The translations under genes were made by a program, and so were the position numbers. Under the pieces are notes generated by a model that saw only the letters and a program-made list of their open reading frames with translations, had not been told where the DNA came from and did no database searches. A stretch of DNA of 30,656 bases from a virus (Duplodnaviria; Caudoviricetes). Shown here in pieces: positions 28,906 through 30,656 of the stretch; the stretch's first letter is position 1; every line of letters begins with the position of its first letter. The DNA lies in the IMG/VR virus record IMGVR_UViG_3300006484_000039, positions 1-30,656 of that record; one strand, given 5' to 3'.

Positions 28906-29262
28906 ATGGCAAGAGGCAGACCTAAAAAAAATATAACCACTAAGAATTTAATTGATAAGAGTATTGTTGGGAAAAGAAAGACTAGGACAAAAACTATAGT
29001 ACCTGGAATAGTTAAGAGAAATATAGATGAGTTAACTATTGAGGAAAGAGAAGAGAGAGAGAAGTGGTTGGATAGTTTTTTACCTAAAATTGATCCCAAT
29101 AAGAAAACTACTATTATCAATTTAAAGAAGAATGCAGAAGCATGTAGAGAGCACACAAAGGGTGCTTGTTGGCGTCCTGATATCTATTTGGACTATGGCT
29201 GCCGAGAATGTCCTTTATTTAAAAATTGTGCATGTGCAATAAAAGGTAAAAAAAAACATTGA
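28906..29262 (+). CDS. Basic protein with an N-terminal AT-hook-like RGRP and a C-terminal Cys cluster
   Basis: MARGRPKK...CREH...CWRP...CRECP...CAC. Promoter TTGACA-N17-TAAATT at 28870-28898. Confidence 0.75.
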   Translation: MARGRPKKNITTKNLIDKSIVGKRKTRTKTIVPGIVKRNIDELTIEEREEREKWLDSFLPKIDPNKKTTIINLKKNAEACREHTKGACWRPDIYLDYGCRECPLFKNCACAIKGKKKH

Positions 29263-29287
29263 CATTAATTAAGTATTAGTATAATGT
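29259..29287 (+). promoter_or_regulatory. Sigma70-type promoter for the RNA cluster
   Basis: TTGACA at 29259-29264 overlaps the upstream stop codon; TATAAT/TAATGT -10 at 15/17-nt spacing. Confidence 0.6.
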
Positions 29288-29361
29288 ATAGGAATGATTG
29301 ATGGATATTTGGTTCTCGATGATCCAATGAGTAGATATTAAATTGAGAAAAGTAAATCCCA

Positions 29362-29511
29362 AAAGGATCGAACAGAGCGGTCGATACGCTGACTGACGAA
29401 TTTATAAATTCTACAAATACAAAAATCGAATTGTTCTCTACCAATGGTAGGAAACCTACAGAGGCTTGACCACTGAGCCAGCATTAGCAAATCAGTGGTA
29501 TTTGATCTTTT
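29362..29511 (+). ncRNA. Unrecognised structured RNA A (~150 nt)
   Basis: Closing stem AAAGGATCGAA/TTTGATCTTTT, several internal hairpins and possible pseudoknots; no ORF. Confidence 0.5.
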
Positions 29512-29523
29512 ACATTTTATTTT

Positions 29524-29599
29524 GCTGATTAGGGGAAAGGTGGGATCATTCCTCGTCCTGTAAGTTCTTAAGAAACGACAAAGGCTTACCCTAATCGGC
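29524..29599 (+). ncRNA. Unrecognised structured RNA B (76 nt)
   Basis: 11-bp closing stem GCTGATTAGGG/CCCTAATCGGC plus internal pairings. Confidence 0.55.
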
Positions 29600-29604
29600 T
29601 ATTT

Positions 29605-29734
29605 TTTACCATGCGCATAAGACCGCAAATCTATCCCGCGAGAGATGAGAATGCAATGAGTTGCAAATCAACATTTAGTCTCTAAGGAATCTTTCCTCTT
29701 TAATATACTTGAGAGAATGAGAGATCATGGTAAA
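29605..29734 (+). ncRNA. Unrecognised structured RNA C (130 nt)
   Basis: Closing stem TTTACCATG/CATGGTAAA, a GCGA-tetraloop hairpin and an ATCTTTC/GAGAGAT arm. Confidence 0.5.
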
Positions 29735-29746
29735 TATCTTTTAGTA

Positions 29747-29812
29747 TGGTATGTAATGTAATTGCTAACACCCTATGTTTTGGGAATATGGGTTAAAGCC
29801 CCATCATACCAG
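29747..29812 (+). pseudogene. tRNA-like element with shortened anticodon arm (pseudo-tRNA or tRNA mimic)
   Basis: Perfect acceptor stem TGGTATG/CATACCA, D-arm and T-stem ATGGG/CCCAT, but T-loop TTAAAGC and only CCTA-TGTTT-TGGG as anticodon arm. Confidence 0.6.
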
Positions 29813-29818
29813 AAAAAC

Positions 29819-29894
29819 TGATGCGTAGCACAGAGGTAGTTGCATCCGCCTGTTAAGCGGAATGTCGTTGGTTCGATCCCAACCGCATCAGCCA
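29819..29894 (+). tRNA. trnN: tRNA-Asn(GTT)
   Basis: TGATGCG/CGCATCA acceptor, TCCGC-CTGTTAA-GCGGA anticodon arm, GTTGG-TTCGATC-CCAAC T-arm and encoded CCA. Confidence 0.95.
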
Positions 29895-29950
29895 AATTTG
29901 GATTGAAAAAAAGTTCTCGATGATCTAGATAAAAAAATCGAAAATAGTTA

Positions 29951-29979
29951 TTGACCTCTTTGAAAAGGAATGATATCAT
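29951..29979 (+). promoter_or_regulatory. Sigma70-type promoter TTGACC-N17-TATCAT
   Basis: Near-consensus boxes (TG upstream of the -10) ahead of the HNH gene and tRNA-Leu. Confidence 0.6.
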
Positions 29980-30094
29980 AGTGAAAGATTAGATAAAGGT
30001 TATCTGAACCTTTTAAAAATAATCAGAATAGATTTTTGATAGAATAGGTAGAGGAAAAGTATTGTTTTGTTTGCCTTTTAAGGTAAGTATTTCT

Positions 30095-30529
30095 ATGAGA
30101 GATTATAGAAATTATACCGATGAGCAAATAATTGAATATGCTAAAGAGGTCAAGAGTATCGCAGAACTTTTAAAACGAATTGGAAAGAAACCTGCTGGTG
30201 GAAACTATTATAGTATAAAAAAACTAATCCAAAAATTAAATGTTAATACCGATCATTGGACGGGACAAGCTTGGAATAAAGATCAACAATTAAAGGATTG
30301 GAAAGATTATACTAAAATAGAATATCTGAAAAAGCATTTGATTAAACATAAAGGAATGAAATGTGAAAGTTGTAACTTGACAGAATGGCAAAATTCTATT
30401 ATACCTTTAGAAGCTCACCATATAGATGGTGACAGAACAAACAATTCTCTTGACAACCTCCAATTATTATGTTGTAATTGTCATGCGTTGACAGATAATT
30501 GGAGAAGAAAAAAATTTAAGCCCTCATGA
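30095..30529 (+). CDS. HNH endonuclease (free-standing homing endonuclease-like) with an N-terminal helical DNA-binding region
   Basis: CESC...LEAHHIDGDRTNNSLDNLQLLCCNCH. Start at ATG 30095, after TAAGTA. Confidence 0.92.
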   Translation: MRDYRNYTDEQIIEYAKEVKSIAELLKRIGKKPAGGNYYSIKKLIQKLNVNTDHWTGQAWNKDQQLKDWKDYTKIEYLKKHLIKHKGMKCESCNLTEWQNSIIPLEAHHIDGDRTNNSLDNLQLLCCNCHALTDNWRRKKFKPS

Positions 30530-30601
30530 TGAAATTGGTAAACATTGTTGACTTAAAATCAACTGCCGTTAGGCTTTCCGGTTCGAGTCCGGATGAGGGT
30601 A
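30520..30601 (+). tRNA. trnL: tRNA-Leu(TAA)
   Basis: GCCCTCA/TGAGGGT acceptor, GTTGA-CTTAAAA-TCAAC anticodon arm, long variable arm GCC-GTTA-GGC and TCCGG-TTCGAGT-CCGGA T-arm; no encoded CCA. Confidence 0.93.
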
Positions 30602-30609
30602 ATTTAAAA

Positions 30610-30656
30610 GGAAGGTTAGTGTAACTGGAAGCACCGACAGATTTATATCCTGTGTG
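30610..30656 (+). tRNA. Probable tRNA-Ile(TAT), truncated by the window end
   Basis: GGAAGGT-TA-GTGT/GCAC D-arm, then ACAGA-TTTATAT-CCTGT anticodon arm. Confidence 0.65.

Noticed and set aside
20046-29156. Minus-strand ORFs (20046, 20747, 22083, 22917, 23057, 23881, 25491, 25906, 27004, 28800) and 23667+
   Set aside because: All overlap better-supported plus-strand genes; the (GV)n ORF is simply the antisense of the (PT)n tract.
29393-29432. Hammerhead ribozyme suggested by CTGACGA
   Set aside because: No properly placed GAAA and NUH with stems I and III could be assembled.
29524-29599. RNA B as an HDV/theta ribozyme or RNase P fragment (TTCCTCG, GGAAAG, GGCTTA)
   Set aside because: The P3/P1/P1.1 pairing for an HDV fold does not form, and the unit is far too short for RNase P RNA.
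29773-29979. 68-aa minus-strand ORF
   Set aside because: Antisense to tRNA-Asn and the tRNA-like element.
30636-30653. Ochre-suppressor (TTA) reading of the last tRNA
   Set aside because: That register leaves the anticodon stem unpaired, the TAT register pairs 4 of 5, and TAA is the dominant stop codon in the window.

Overview
AT-rich (estimated ~28-30% GC), gene-dense fragment that reads as part of a large T4-like/jumbo tailed phage genome, in standard code 11 with almost no Shine-Dalgarno motifs. The left part (1-19.5 kb, minus strand) holds four large putative virion genes, each behind a T4-late-like (TA/TC)TAAATA motif: a fibre-like protein with 18/54-aa repeats (runs off the window), a 1917-aa protein with PKD-like and NHL-propeller-like regions, a 727-aa protein with ~84 Cys, and a ~1576-aa VWA-containing protein. 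Inserted among them is a sigma70-promoter block: a GT60-like GlcNAc-transferase coupled to a two-domain GT7/GT-A enzyme, a CxC protein with a CxxC membrane protein, and another GT-like gene. The right part (19.6-29.3 kb, plus strand) holds small genes: an NDP-rhamnose-type epimerase/reductase, a SAM methyltransferase, two dUTPase-fold-like paralogs, three tandem paralogs (two with (PT)n tracts), and several late proteins sharing an N-terminal M(N/E)FDxLV..E leader. The window ends in an RNA cluster: three unrecognised stem-closed RNA candidates, a shortened tRNA-like element, tRNA-Asn(GTT), an HNH gene whose stop codon lies inside tRNA-Leu(TAA), and a truncated probable tRNA-Ile(TAT). The best candidates for something new are the structured ncRNA array, a eukaryote-like protein O-glycosylation module, and a hyper-Cys-rich virion protein with a possible dedicated thiol-redox pair. 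All family calls come from motif recognition by eye; no searches were run.
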